Of a stretch of 64,000 nt of DNA, positions 49,105-59,513 are shown in pieces. How positions within the stretch are numbered: position 1 is the first letter of the stretch; each line of letters begins with the position of its first letter. The translations under genes and the position numbers were made by a program. Under the pieces are notes generated by a model, which saw only the letters and a list, made by a program, of their open reading frames with translations, was not told where the DNA came from and ran no database searches. This stretch comes from an uncultured bacterium (GTDB lineage Bacteria; Acidobacteriota; Thermoanaerobaculia; Multivoradales; JAHZIX01). The stretch is taken from contig CBDUPA010000013.1 in NCBI GenBank assembly GCA_965368975.1, positions 96,001 through 160,000 on the forward strand. Reading direction: 5' to 3'.

Positions 49105-50057
49105 AGGACGGGCTCCTTCTGGTCGACAAGCACGCTGGCTGTACGTCGCACGACATCGTGCAGCAGACCCGCCGCTTGGTCGGACAGCGCAAGATCGGTC
49201 ACTGCGGTACGCTCGATCCGAGTGCCACCGGGCTTCTGGTGTTGACGCTCGGCCGCGCGACACGGCTGACCCGTTTCCTGATCCAGGCACCCAAGGTCTA
49301 CGAAGGGCGTATCCGCTTCGGTGCCGAGACGGACACCTACGACGCTGCCGGCGAGACCGTGCACGAAGGCGACACCAGCTCCCTCACCCAGGCTGCCGTC
49401 GAGGAGGCCATGGCGTCGTTGAACGGCACCATCGAACAGGTACCGCCGCGCTACTCCGCCAAGAAGATCAAGGGCCAGAAGTACTACGAGCTGGCGCGCA
49501 AAGGCGAAGAAGTGCCGCAGGAAGCCAAGACGGTCACCGTCTATGAATTCGCCCCCCTCGAAGGCCCCGGCGGTACCCTGGAGGCAGATGAGATCTCCTT
49601 CCGTCTGGCCTGCGCATCCGGTACCTATGCACGCACGCTGGCCCACGATGTCGGCCAGATTGTCGGTTGCGGCGCCCACTTGAGCCAGCTGCGCCGGATC
49701 AAGGTAGGGAGCTTCGAGGTCGAGCAAGCCCAAACCCTGGAAGTCTTGCATCATCTCCGTCAGCAGCTTGAAGAAGCTGGTGACACCGAACGTATCGAGG
49801 GGACGGATTGGCTGGGCAGCAGTTGGATCCCCTTTGACGAGATCCGTCTCCCCTTCTCCGAGGTCACTGCCGACGCGCAGCAAGAGCAGCGTATCCACCA
49901 GGGCCAGACCGTCCTGGTCCGCGATCTCGAAGCAGAAGAGGGTGACTGGGTGAAACTGATCAACCGCCGCCGGCGTTTCATCGCCGTCGGCTCCGTAGTT
50001 GAACGCATCGGAAACCGCGATGTCGGCGTCGTGCAGCCACGGGTCGTCTTCCATTGA
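49101..50057 (+). CDS. truB: tRNA pseudouridine(55) synthase
   Basis: DK..G.TSHD, KIGHCGTLDP.ATGLL, QVPPRYSAK, CASGTYARTLA. Confidence 0.95.
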   Translation: MKDGLLLVDKHAGCTSHDIVQQTRRLVGQRKIGHCGTLDPSATGLLVLTLGRATRLTRFLIQAPKVYEGRIRFGAETDTYDAAGETVHEGDTSSLTQAAVEEAMASLNGTIEQVPPRYSAKKIKGQKYYELARKGEEVPQEAKTVTVYEFAPLEGPGGTLEADEISFRLACASGTYARTLAHDVGQIVGCGAHLSQLRRIKVGSFEVEQAQTLEVLHHLRQQLEEAGDTERIEGTDWLGSSWIPFDEIRLPFSEVTADAQQEQRIHQGQTVLVRDLEAEEGDWVKLINRRRRFIAVGSVVERIGNRDVGVVQPRVVFH

Positions 50058-50136
50058 TCCGCACTCCCGCAAGCACCGTAGCTGTGCTACAATCCGCCGG
50101 TTGAAAAAGTAGAGAGTACGTACGGAGGAGTTTACG

Positions 50137-50406
50137 TTGCCGCAGACCAAGCAAATCAAAGAGCAGATCATCAGTGAGTACCGGGGCCACGAAGGCGATT
50201 CTGGTTCCGCCGACGTCCAGGTGGCCTTGCTCACCAGCCGCATTATCGAACTGACCGAGCACTTCAAGACCCACAAGCACGACCACAACGGTCGCCGCGG
50301 TCTTCTCCAGATGGTCGGCCGTCGCCGCCGACTGCTCGACTACATCAAGAAGCGCGACATCGAGCGCTACCGCGACCTGATCGCGCGCCTCGGCCTGCGC
50401 AAGTAA
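50137..50406 (+). CDS. rpsO: 30S ribosomal protein S15
   Basis: [14 protein letters not shown]...[21 protein letters not shown]...LGLRK; GGAGGAG RBS, TTG start. Confidence 0.97.
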   Translation: MPQTKQIKEQIISEYRGHEGDSGSADVQVALLTSRIIELTEHFKTHKHDHNGRRGLLQMVGRRRRLLDYIKKRDIERYRDLIARLGLRK

Positions 50407-50652
50407 TCCTCGTCCATCCGGACGACGACCCCACCACCCTATCCAGTCGACCCCCTCAGACCTCACCGCTCAGATTCTCGTCACCGTGGTGCCGCTTCGT
50501 AACGGAACCCGTGTGTCGCGAACCTGGAGGCGGCGAGTGCTCACCAGGGTAAGTACCGGATAGGGTCGTGGTGTATCCACCGGTACCACTAAAGGTACCC
50601 GCGCGCCCCGGTGTCGGGGCCCGCCTTAGCTGATGTTGAAAAAGGAAAAGAA

Positions 50653-52953
50653 ATGAAGCTACGAAGAGAGATTTCCATCGGTGAAGGGACGCTGATCCTG
50701 GAATCCGGCCACCTCGCCAAGCAAGCCGACGGCTCCTGTACCGTCCGCATGGGCGACTCCCTGGTGCTCGCCACCGCCTGCGCCACCAAGAGCGAAGGCA
50801 CCCGCGACTTCCTGCCCCTGACCGTCGACTACCGCGAGTACAGCTCCGCCGCTGGACGCATTCCCGGCGGCTTCTTCAAGCGCGAGGGTCGGCCTTCCGA
50901 AAAGGAAATCATCACTTGCCGCCTGATCGACCGGCCGCTGCGGCCGCTGTTCCCGGAAGGCTACTTCCAGGAAACTCAGATCATCGCTTTCGTCATGTCC
51001 GCCGACGGTGACAACGACACGGACATTCTGGCCATCAACGGCGCCTCCACCGCCTTGGTGCTGTCGGACATTCCGTTCTACCACCCGGTGGGCGCCGTGC
51101 GCGTCGCCCTGATCGACGATGAAGTCATCTTCAACCCGACGAACAGCCAGCGCGACGTCTCCGACCTCGACCTGATCGTCGTGGGCACCGAAGAGGCCAT
51201 CGCGATGGTCGAAGCGGGTGCCAACCAGCTGCCCGAGGACGTCATTCTCGACTGCATCTTCCAGGCCCACGAGAAGGTCAAGGAGATCATCGAAGCACAG
51301 AAGTCGATGTTCATCGAGAGCGGCCTGACCAAGCCGGACTGGGAAGTGCCCCAGCGCTACACCCAGGAAGTCTACGACGAGGTCAAGGCAGCGATCTACG
51401 AGCCGCTGTGGAAGGCGTTGCACACCAAGGGCAAGTTCGAGCGCAAGGCGGCCGCCGGTGAGGTGGTCAAGGGCTTCCTGGAGACCATCCCGGAAGAAGA
51501 CGAGGTGAAGCGCGCTCAGGCCAAGATCGTCGTGTACGTACTGGAAGAAGAGATCCTGCGCGCCGCGATCCTGCAGAACAAGCGCCGTTTCGACGATCGA
51601 CGCCTTGACGAGATTCGCGATATCGAGATCGTCACCGGCTACCTACCGCGGACCCACGGTTCGGCCCTGTTCACCCGCGGCGAAACTCAGGCGATGGCCA
51701 CGGCGACTCTCGGTACCCGTCGCGACGCCCAGATCATCGAGGAGTACGAGGGCGAGTCGCTGCAGAAGTTCCTGCTGCACTACAACTTCCCGCCCTTCTC
51801 CGTCGGCGAGGTGCGTTTCCTGCGTGGTCCCGGTCGGCGTGAGATCGGTCACGGCGTGCTCGCGCGCCGCGCACTGACCCCGGTGCTGCCGCACGAGGAC
51901 GACTTCCCCTATACCGTGCGTGTCGTCTCGGACATCTTGGAGTCCAATGGCTCCTCGTCGATGGCGACCGTCTGCGGTGGTTCGCTGGCGCTGTTCGATG
52001 CCGGTGTACCGATGCTGGCGCCGGTCGCCGGTGTCGCCATGGGTCTGGTCAAGACCGATGACGGCTTCGCGGTGCTGTCCGACATCGCCGGTCAGGAAGA
52101 CCACTACGGTGACATGGACTTCAAGGTCGCTGGTACCCGCGAGGGCATCACCGCCCTGCAGATGGATATCAAGATCAAAGGCGTGAGCCGCGAGATCATG
52201 GGCACCGCCCTCGAGCAGGCCAAGGCCGGCCGCTACCACATCCTCGACCTGATGGAGCGTTCCCTGCCGGCGCCGCGTACCGACCTGTCGCAGTATGCTC
52301 CGCGTCTGCACACCATCGAGATCCAGAAGGACAAGATCCGCGACGTCATCGGCCCCGGTGGCAAGACGATCCGCTCGATCATCGAAGAGACGGGTTGCGA
52401 CATCGAGATCGAGAACGACGGCCGCGTCATCATCGCGTCCCCGGACGCACCGGCGGCGCAACGCGCGATCGAGATCATCGAGCGCCTCACCGAGGTGCCC
52501 GAGGTAGGCAAGACCTATGCTGGCCGCGTCACGCGCATCGAGAGCTTCGGTGCCTTCGTCGAGATTCTCCCCGGCACCGAGGGCTTGCTGCACATCAGTG
52601 AGCTGGCCCCCTATCGCGTCGCCGAGGTGACGGACATCGTCACTGAGGGTGACGAGGTGACCGTCAAGGTGATCGACATGGACCTCGAGTCCAACCGCAT
52701 CCGCCTGTCGCGCAAGGCCGTGATCATGGAGGCGCCGGACTACAACCCGGCCGACTATGAGGGCATGGACGCGCCCGACACCGGCGGTGGTGACCGAGGA
52801 GGTCGCGGTGGCGGCCGAGGCGGTGATCGTCGCGGTGGCGGTGGTGGCCGTCCCGGTGGCGGCGGCGGCGGCCGTGGTGGTCGTCCGGGCGGCGGTGGTG
52901 GCCGTGGCGGTGATCGTCGCGGTGGTGGCGGGGGCCGAGGTGGCAACCGCTGA
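50653..52953 (+). CDS. pnp: Polyribonucleotide nucleotidyltransferase
   Basis: DFLPLTVDYRE...GRIPGGFFKREGRP, HGSALFTRGETQ, ESNGSSSMA, GDMDFKVAG, KH and S1 domains; start at ATG 50653. Confidence 0.97.
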   Translation: MKLRREISIGEGTLILESGHLAKQADGSCTVRMGDSLVLATACATKSEGTRDFLPLTVDYREYSSAAGRIPGGFFKREGRPSEKEIITCRLIDRPLRPLFPEGYFQETQIIAFVMSADGDNDTDILAINGASTALVLSDIPFYHPVGAVRVALIDDEVIFNPTNSQRDVSDLDLIVVGTEEAIAMVEAGANQLPEDVILDCIFQAHEKVKEIIEAQKSMFIESGLTKPDWEVPQRYTQEVYDEVKAAIYEPLWKALHTKGKFERKAAAGEVVKGFLETIPEEDEVKRAQAKIVVYVLEEEILRAAILQNKRRFDDRRLDEIRDIEIVTGYLPRTHGSALFTRGETQAMATATLGTRRDAQIIEEYEGESLQKFLLHYNFPPFSVGEVRFLRGPGRREIGHGVLARRALTPVLPHEDDFPYTVRVVSDILESNGSSSMATVCGGSLALFDAGVPMLAPVAGVAMGLVKTDDGFAVLSDIAGQEDHYGDMDFKVAGTREGITALQMDIKIKGVSREIMGTALEQAKAGRYHILDLMERSLPAPRTDLSQYAPRLHTIEIQKDKIRDVIGPGGKTIRSIIEETGCDIEIENDGRVIIASPDAPAAQRAIEIIERLTEVPEVGKTYAGRVTRIESFGAFVEILPGTEGLLHISELAPYRVAEVTDIVTEGDEVTVKVIDMDLESNRIRLSRKAVIMEAPDYNPADYEGMDAPDTGGGDRGGRGGGRGGDRRGGGGGRPGGGGGGRGGRPGGGGGRGGDRRGGGGGRGGNR

Positions 52954-52999
52954 TCCCTATACCTCTCTCGCCGGCACCACGGGTGCCGGCGGAGAGGGC

Positions 53000-53761
53000 G
53001 TGCACCGGGACGAGCTGGCGTCGTACCTGAACGACTACCTGCGCATCGACCAGTTCAAGGACTACGGTCCGAACGGCCTGCAGGTACAAGGTAAGGAACG
53101 CATCCGCAAGCTCGTCACCGGTGTTTCCGCCTGCCAGGAACTCTTCGTCCGTGCTCGCGAGGCGAGCGCCGACGCGGTGATGGTGCACCACGGGATCTTC
53201 TGGGACTACTCCCCTTCCCCGCTCACCGGTATGCAGTACCGACGCGTCGCCGAGCTGATCCGAGGTGACGTCAACCTCTTGGCCTATCACCTGCCACTCG
53301 ACGCCCACCCGGAGCTCGGCAACAATGCCTTGGCCGCGCGGGCTTTCGGTCTCGAGAACCTCGAGCCCTTCGGCCTCCACAACGGCCAGTACATCGGCTT
53401 CAAGGGCGTCTTCCACGACAAGGTCTCGACCAGCGTCCTGGCAGCCCGCTGCCGTCAGGTCTATGGCGCACGAGAGCCCCTGATCCTCGAAGGCGGCGAA
53501 GACTTCGACATCCGCTCCATGGGCATCATCAGTGGCGGTGCGCAAAAGGAGCTCTACCAGGCCATCGACGCCGGCCTCGATGCTTTCCTCACCGGCGAGG
53601 TCAGCGAATGGGTGATGAACGTGGCGCGCGAGAACCGCATCCACTTCATTTCAGCCGGTCACTACGCCACCGAAGTATGCGGCATCACGGCCTTGGGGCG
53701 CCACGTAGCGGAAGAGTTCGGCATCGAGGTCGAATTCATCGACATCCCGAATTCCGTGTAG
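53000..53761 (+). CDS. Nif3-like dinuclear metal centre protein (YbgI family)
   Basis: DYGPNGLQV.G, VHHGIFW, YHLPLDAHPELGNN, AGHYATE; GTG start at 53000 with GGAGAGG RBS. Confidence 0.9.
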   Translation: MHRDELASYLNDYLRIDQFKDYGPNGLQVQGKERIRKLVTGVSACQELFVRAREASADAVMVHHGIFWDYSPSPLTGMQYRRVAELIRGDVNLLAYHLPLDAHPELGNNALAARAFGLENLEPFGLHNGQYIGFKGVFHDKVSTSVLAARCRQVYGAREPLILEGGEDFDIRSMGIISGGAQKELYQAIDAGLDAFLTGEVSEWVMNVARENRIHFISAGHYATEVCGITALGRHVAEEFGIEVEFIDIPNSV

Positions 53762-53858
53762 ATCCTTCGCTCTCCCCAGAGGCCAGGGTGCCAAGAAGAA
53801 CCGGAGCCTTGCCAGAGGCAGCTCCGGTTTTCTTGTGCCATCAAGGACTCCGCGCCTG

Positions 53859-54983
53859 CTACTGAGCTTTGTCACCTCCGTAGTATTCACGGCGCAGAAC
53901 CTCGACCAGCCGCTCGTCGACCAGCCCTGGCGGGTTGCCACTGAAGTCGAGGTCATGGGCTGTACGGAAGGCGTCGACGGCATCGATAGCCTCCTGATCG
54001 TAGCTGCCGTAGGCACGCTGGTAGGCGTGAGCCTTCTCGTTGAATCCCTGCACCGCCTCGAAGAAGGCTTCCGGCTGACTGCGCATCTGCGTGCGGTCCG
54101 CATCGAACTCAGGCGCCTCGGGGAAGCTTTCCAGATCCTTGCGCCAGAAGCCGAGAGCGTGCAGCATGCGCTTCAACTCGACGACGTCATCCCCCTGGAT
54201 CGCCGAGAAGCTGCGGTGCCCTAGACGGTTGGCGGTCAGGTAGTAGATGCGCTTCATCTCGGCGACCGGCGTGGCATGCTCGCCAACGTCGATCGACAGC
54301 GAGATGTGGTCGCCACCGCGTCCGTAGACGCCCGGATCGGCGACCCGGATGGCGGCACTCTGCAGGCGCCCCCAGCGGCCGTCACCGCCCTTGGCTTGCC
54401 CGGCTTCGAGCGCCAGGATCAGGCGCTCGGCCAGCGGCATGTCCGTACCCGCGGTCGACTCGAAATGGTCGCCCACCGCGTCGACGACTTCGCGGCCCAC
54501 CAGGATGTTGCCCTGCACTGTGTAGTTGTCTCCCTGACGGCTGCCCGCCCAGGCATTGTTCTCGCCACCGGTGAAGGCAGCCTTGCGGCCTTCCATATCG
54601 ATCAGGCCGAGCTGGCGCAGCTCGCGGCCGTTGTCCCCGTCCAGCAACTGCTCAATGGCAGCCTCCGGCGCGACACCCTGCTCCAGAAGGTCGAGACCTT
54701 GACGCCCGTACTCCACCACCGTCCAGCTCTGCGTCGCCACCGCGCCGACGCCCGCACGCGCCCAGGGCACGGCCCGCCCGACGAACGGCACCCGCGTGGT
54801 CACCGCCACGCCACTCTCACCGGTCGCGGGATCGATGGCACAGATCGAGAACGTCGCCTCGGCAGGCACAGTACCGAGGACGGCAAGCACGGCAACGAGC
54901 CACAGGGTGGAACTGAAGGGCGAACGACCATGCGGAACAGGACTGTAGCCAGGGGGCAGGAGCGAGGGACGGCGAGACTTCAT
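53859..54983 (-). CDS. DUF1028 domain protein (Ntn-hydrolase-like) with C-terminal peptidoglycan-binding-like region
   Basis: Signal peptide then TFSICA.DP.TGE.GVAV, GVGAVATQ, QGNILVG, GGDGR.GRLQSAA. Confidence 0.8.
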   Translation of the reverse strand: MKSRRPSLLPPGYSPVPHGRSPFSSTLWLVAVLAVLGTVPAEATFSICAIDPATGESGVAVTTRVPFVGRAVPWARAGVGAVATQSWTVVEYGRQGLDLLEQGVAPEAAIEQLLDGDNGRELRQLGLIDMEGRKAAFTGGENNAWAGSRQGDNYTVQGNILVGREVVDAVGDHFESTAGTDMPLAERLILALEAGQAKGGDGRWGRLQSAAIRVADPGVYGRGGDHISLSIDVGEHATPVAEMKRIYYLTANRLGHRSFSAIQGDDVVELKRMLHALGFWRKDLESFPEAPEFDADRTQMRSQPEAFFEAVQGFNEKAHAYQRAYGSYDQEAIDAVDAFRTAHDLDFSGNPPGLVDERLVEVLRREYYGGDKAQ

Positions 54984-55257
54984 GGAGAACCTCCGAGCGT
55001 CGTGGTTTCGAGGAATCAGACGAGGGAACCAAAGAACAGTCTACCTGGTCCCCTACCACACGACGAGTAGAACCCATGCTTGAGAGTTGGGAGCTTGAGA
55101 ACTCTTGGGTTATGATGGACCTGCTATTTGCATGACTTCTGCAGACAGCCGGTAGCCCAACAAGATATCCCAGAGGAAGACCCCATACCAGAGGACCAGA
55201 TCCAGAGACAGGCGCAGGGATAAGCTCTGGCGACTGTCTCGGGAGGGAGAGAGAGCT

Positions 55258-56961
55258 ATGAAACCAACCACCATTCTGCTCAGCGTATTGACGGCAGCGC
55301 TGACACTGACAGCTCTGGCTGTGCCCATGCCAGCCGCGGCTCAGTGCGGAGAGACCATTACTCACCTCGGCGGCCGCTCGACGGCAATCGTCCCCGGCGG
55401 CGTCAAGGACGCCAAGGGTATGCTGGAGGCACTCGAGAACCCGAAAGTCCAGTCCATGCTGATGGAGGCCATCCAGCAGGGCTTGGCCCTCGAAGGCATG
55501 CCGGTGGACCGAGACCGTGACTTCCGTATCTACGGTGAAATCGTCTACCAAGCCAAGCAACTCGCCGAGGCGAATGCCGCCCCGCGGGACTACGGGAAGG
55601 GCACCCAGCTGTTGTGGATGGCCTACCGCAAGGACGGTGAGGTCACGCTGCTGGACAAGCCGTGCTGGGGCGCCTCCCGGCCGATGCAGGCCTGGGAAGT
55701 CCCCGTCCGCCTCGACGGCAAGATTTACCAGTTCATCATGCCTCGCCAGTGCATCAACCTGTCGGCCCAGTCAGAGTCGATCCCAGATCCAGACTACGTA
55801 CCGCCGGCCCCACCGAAGGAAGAGGCCGAGTGTAAGTTGCGCGCATCGGCCGACAACGAGACCGGCATCATTACGCTCGACGCCAGCGGCTCGAAGGGCA
55901 CCGTGACCATCGTTGGTGTCACGAACGGCGGCCAGCGCATGGCTCCGGACGTCACCTCCACCGGCGCCAACCAGTGGCGGTTCCCGAGCCAGGGCGAGGC
56001 CCCGAACGGTGACTACGTGTTCACCGCCGAGGCCAAGACCAAGGACGAAACCAAGACGTGTGAGGCCACGGCCCAGATGACGCCGCCGACCATCGCCTGT
56101 AACCTTGCGGCGACCGTCACCGACGACCGTCACATCAACGTCGCCGTGACACCGCAGGATGTCGAGGTCGAGGGCATGCGGGTCGAGTACACCCTGAACC
56201 CGAGCGGGAAGACCGGTTCCGCCTCGCTCGACGACGGCTCGCACATGTGGCTGTTCCCCGCCAGAGGCAAGGCCAAGCCGGGCAGCTACAACTTCGTCGC
56301 CGACGTTCGTGGTCGCCGTGACGGTAAGGGCACTTGCACCAGTGGTGACGTCGAGGTTCCCATTCCGCCGTTCCCCACCTGGACCGTGCGCGCCTACGGT
56401 GCGCGTCTCGATACGTCGGCGGACGAGTTCTTCCTAGCCAGCACCGATCCGGCGACCAACACGATTCCGATCCGCGAGCACTTCAACATCGAGAACGGCA
56501 GCGGCTTCGGTTTCGGCCTCGAATACCGTCCGACTCAGAAGATCGGTGTCGAAGCCGGCCTGCTCCTGGCCAGCCTGGACGCCAGCTACAAGCTCGACAT
56601 CGGTAGCGACTGGGCCATGGACCAAGACGACGTCGACTTCACCGCCTTCACCCTCGGCCTGAACTTCCACCCGCTGGAGACCTCCGGCCGCTTCGACCTG
56701 TTCCTGGGACCGTTCATCGGCTTCAGCAACTTCGACGACGCCGACTTCAGCGCGTTGGGCACCACCAAGGGGTATGACTTCGACGGTGGCTTCCTGTGGG
56801 GCGCCCAGATCGGCTTCGACCTGCTGTTCACCGAAGGTGGCCCGTGGGCCTTCACCAGCGCGTTACGCTACCTGGAAACTTCCGCTGAGGAGAACAGCTT
56901 CGAGATCGATCTCGACGAGCTGATCCTGAGCGCCGGTATCGCGTACCGCTTCCCGCGCTGA
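55258..56961 (+). CDS. Secreted protein with a C-terminal outer-membrane beta-barrel (OmpW-like)
   Basis: Signal peptide; Cys-paired beta-rich middle; amphipathic strands ending 'LSAGIAYRF'. Confidence 0.65.
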   Translation: MKPTTILLSVLTAALTLTALAVPMPAAAQCGETITHLGGRSTAIVPGGVKDAKGMLEALENPKVQSMLMEAIQQGLALEGMPVDRDRDFRIYGEIVYQAKQLAEANAAPRDYGKGTQLLWMAYRKDGEVTLLDKPCWGASRPMQAWEVPVRLDGKIYQFIMPRQCINLSAQSESIPDPDYVPPAPPKEEAECKLRASADNETGIITLDASGSKGTVTIVGVTNGGQRMAPDVTSTGANQWRFPSQGEAPNGDYVFTAEAKTKDETKTCEATAQMTPPTIACNLAATVTDDRHINVAVTPQDVEVEGMRVEYTLNPSGKTGSASLDDGSHMWLFPARGKAKPGSYNFVADVRGRRDGKGTCTSGDVEVPIPPFPTWTVRAYGARLDTSADEFFLASTDPATNTIPIREHFNIENGSGFGFGLEYRPTQKIGVEAGLLLASLDASYKLDIGSDWAMDQDDVDFTAFTLGLNFHPLETSGRFDLFLGPFIGFSNFDDADFSALGTTKGYDFDGGFLWGAQIGFDLLFTEGGPWAFTSALRYLETSAEENSFEIDLDELILSAGIAYRFPR

Positions 56962-57007
56962 TCGTTCCTGCAGCAACTCTGGGAGCCTGACCGGCTTCCA
57001 GAGCCCC

Positions 57008-57042
57008 AACGGCCCGCCAACCTCTGAGGTGGCGGGCCGTTT
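57008..57042 (+). terminator. Rho-independent terminator
   Basis: aacggcccgcca-N10-tggcgggccgtt followed by T. Confidence 0.7.
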
Positions 57043-57173
57043 CCGTCTAGAGTGGCTCAAGTAAGAAGGAACTGTCCAATCACCAACTGGGCCCAAGGAA
57101 CATAGTTCCAATAAGGGCCCCCAGAATGAAGAGCCATACGACTAAGGTCAAGATGTTCTCTGCTTGCTGCTCA

Positions 57174-58016
57174 CTATTCTGATTGTTTCCCGTTGGTATC
57201 GAACTCGGTGCCTTGGTAAATCTCGTTCCCGGACGCTTCGGCGAACTGGCCATGCAGAACCTTGACAGCTACAAGCTCGCGGCTGCGTCTATCCCACTTT
57301 CCAGACCGTCGCAAAGCCCCCATTTCCCAGAACCCCGATGAGCTTGTAACGTCCCGTCAGCAAGTCCCCAGGCTTGAGACGCCCTCCCGCCCGAATCTTC
57401 CGGCTCATGTCGAGAATCTTGGTATCGATGGTAGACGTGTCTTCACCTTGAGTCGCAGGATCCTCTTTCTGCTCGTACAGCCGCGTCAGCTCTTCAGTCC
57501 ACTCGCGCACTTCTTCAGACGGATACTCAACTGCTGGCTCTGGTGGCAACTGCAGTGTAGAGCCTAGTGCAGCTGGCAAAACCTCAGGCTGTCCGCTCAA
57601 GTGTCGATACAGGCTGTGGTACCCGCTCTCAAGGCGGTATCCTTTAGCGCCACGCAGATCTGAGGGAACAGACTGAGAGTTGTCATCCTCAAAAACAACC
57701 GGAATGAAGCGTGTATTCTCTGCCCCAGCATCGTAAAGGCTCTGCGTCAGAATCGCTCCCTCCCAGCTTGCCCCTTTCTTACGCTTCTTCCTTCATAACA
57801 GCGAGCGTACACAGCAGTACAAACAACAAGCACAAAGTCAGCCGCTTGGATCTGATTCTTCGTCCAGCGCGGCCACCCTTCACTGGGCGACGTTTCATAG
57901 CGATCCAAGCGGACGTCAATTCGTTCGGATCGAAGACGCTGTGCCAGGCTAAGTGCTCGTTGCTTATGTTCAGCAGAAACGTGACTATAACTCACGAAGA
58001 CTCTGGGCGAACTCAT
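57174..58016 (-). pseudogene. Frameshifted SEFIR(TIR-like)-Ser/Thr kinase gene remnant
   Basis: MSSPRVFVSYSH...GWPRW...ADFVLVVCT. Frame switch near 57790 continues KGASWEGAILTQSLYD...RFIPVVF; kinase start RYKLIGVLGNGGFATVWK. Second switch near 57297 gives WDRRSRELVAVKVLHGQF, after which homology ends. Confidence 0.75.
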
Positions 58017-58163
58017 GGCAGACTGAGTCACCTTTGCGAGCTATGGTCAAGAGTAACTTCCGACCATAGCTCACACCTTTGCTCCTGACGTTAGAACGGT
58101 CCTCATCTCTACAACCCTACAGCACTGCACGGTCCGCTGAAGAAGGTAAAAGCTAGCCAGCTC

Positions 58164-59336
58164 TTACGCAATCGCCGAGTCCGGCCGCAACCCCAGCAAG
58201 AACTCTTCCCCCGGCAAGCAGAGGATTCCGTCGACCACCAAGCGCTCGTCGCCACGGTAGATCAGCGCGACTGTGCTCTCTGGGTAGTCCTCACGGAAGG
58301 CTTTGAGCGCTCGCAGATCCTGGGGCCGGACCGTCGCTGTGTTCTTGACTTCCAGAGCATAAAAGCCGGCTTCGCCATAGACCACGAAGTCCACTTCGAC
58401 GCCCGAACGAGTGCGCCAGTAGAACAGCTTCGCTTCCTGCCGCGAGTAAGCGATCCAGGCGCGTAGGTGCTGGGCGACCAGACCTTCGAATGCGGTGCCA
58501 TCGATCTCCTCGACCCGATCCAGAGGGCCACGCGGACGCAGAGCGCGAAAGACACCAGTATCGAAGAGAAAGAACTTTGGGTGGGCCACGACAGCTCGGC
58601 GGGCCCGCTGGGTGAACACCGGTAGGCGGAAACAGAGCAGTAGGTCTTCGAGCACCTCCAGATAGCCGGCAACCGTGCGGCGCTGCACCTGACAGTCCCG
58701 TGCCACGTTGCTGATGTTCAGCACCCCACCGTGAGAGAAGCTAACTGCTTCCAAGAACCGTGCAAAGCTGCCCACGTCTCGTACCCAGCCCTCAAACTGG
58801 ACTTCCTGCTCCAGGTACAGGGCAGCATAGGAACGAACCACGTCTTCCGGATCCGGCGCGGCCACGACCAGCGGTATTAGGCCATGGCGCAGCGCTTCGG
58901 CGAGTCGGAAGTTTGGTAGCTCTGCGGCCATGAACGGATGCAACGTCCGGTAGACGGCACGGCCTGCGAGCAGGTCGACACCTTCTCGGCGGAGCTTGCG
59001 GGCACTGGAGCCAGTGAGCACGAAGCGCTTGCGCACCGCCCCAGTAGCAAGCGGTCGTTCCAGCAGGTCGTGTACGACGTTGAGCAGTTCCGGAACACGC
59101 TGTACTTCGTCGACCACGACCAGCTCGGTACCGGCAGCACCCTGCACCAGCTCACTGAGTCTTTCTGGCTTGGACTGGAGACGCCGGTAGACATCCGGCT
59201 CCAACAGGTTGACAAATAGCGCGTCTGGAAAGCGATGCTGCAACCAGGTGGACTTGCCGGTGCCACGCGGACCGAAGAGGAAGAAGCTCTGTTCCGGTAC
59301 AGGAAAAAAGCGGCGCTGGAAGTCGAGTCGGCTCAT
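58164..59336 (-). CDS. AAA+ ATP-binding protein with C-terminal DUF4143
   Basis: FGPRGTGKST, VVDEVQRVP, LTGSSARKL, PKFFLFDTG, YWRTRSGVEVDFV...EVK. Confidence 0.88.
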   Translation of the reverse strand: MSRLDFQRRFFPVPEQSFFLFGPRGTGKSTWLQHRFPDALFVNLLEPDVYRRLQSKPERLSELVQGAAGTELVVVDEVQRVPELLNVVHDLLERPLATGAVRKRFVLTGSSARKLRREGVDLLAGRAVYRTLHPFMAAELPNFRLAEALRHGLIPLVVAAPDPEDVVRSYAALYLEQEVQFEGWVRDVGSFARFLEAVSFSHGGVLNISNVARDCQVQRRTVAGYLEVLEDLLLCFRLPVFTQRARRAVVAHPKFFLFDTGVFRALRPRGPLDRVEEIDGTAFEGLVAQHLRAWIAYSRQEAKLFYWRTRSGVEVDFVVYGEAGFYALEVKNTATVRPQDLRALKAFREDYPESTVALIYRGDERLVVDGILCLPGEEFLLGLRPDSAIA

Positions 59337-59513
59337 GGTGCACTCGTGCAAATCGAGTCGATCTGGGTATGGGTTTTCGACTGATGGTTCATTCTGGCAT
59401 CTGACTTTCCATTTTGCGACGCAATTTGGAATCCTCGATGCCAGATTAGCATTCTTCAGCGACTCCTTCAAGGCCCCGATGAAGCCCTGACGCGCGTGCG
59501 GTATCATGGCTCT

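Noticed and set aside
50553-50586. Imperfect stem in the rpsO-pnp spacer (possible RNase III site)
   Set aside because: Pairing is short and interrupted; it cannot be supported without folding or comparative data.
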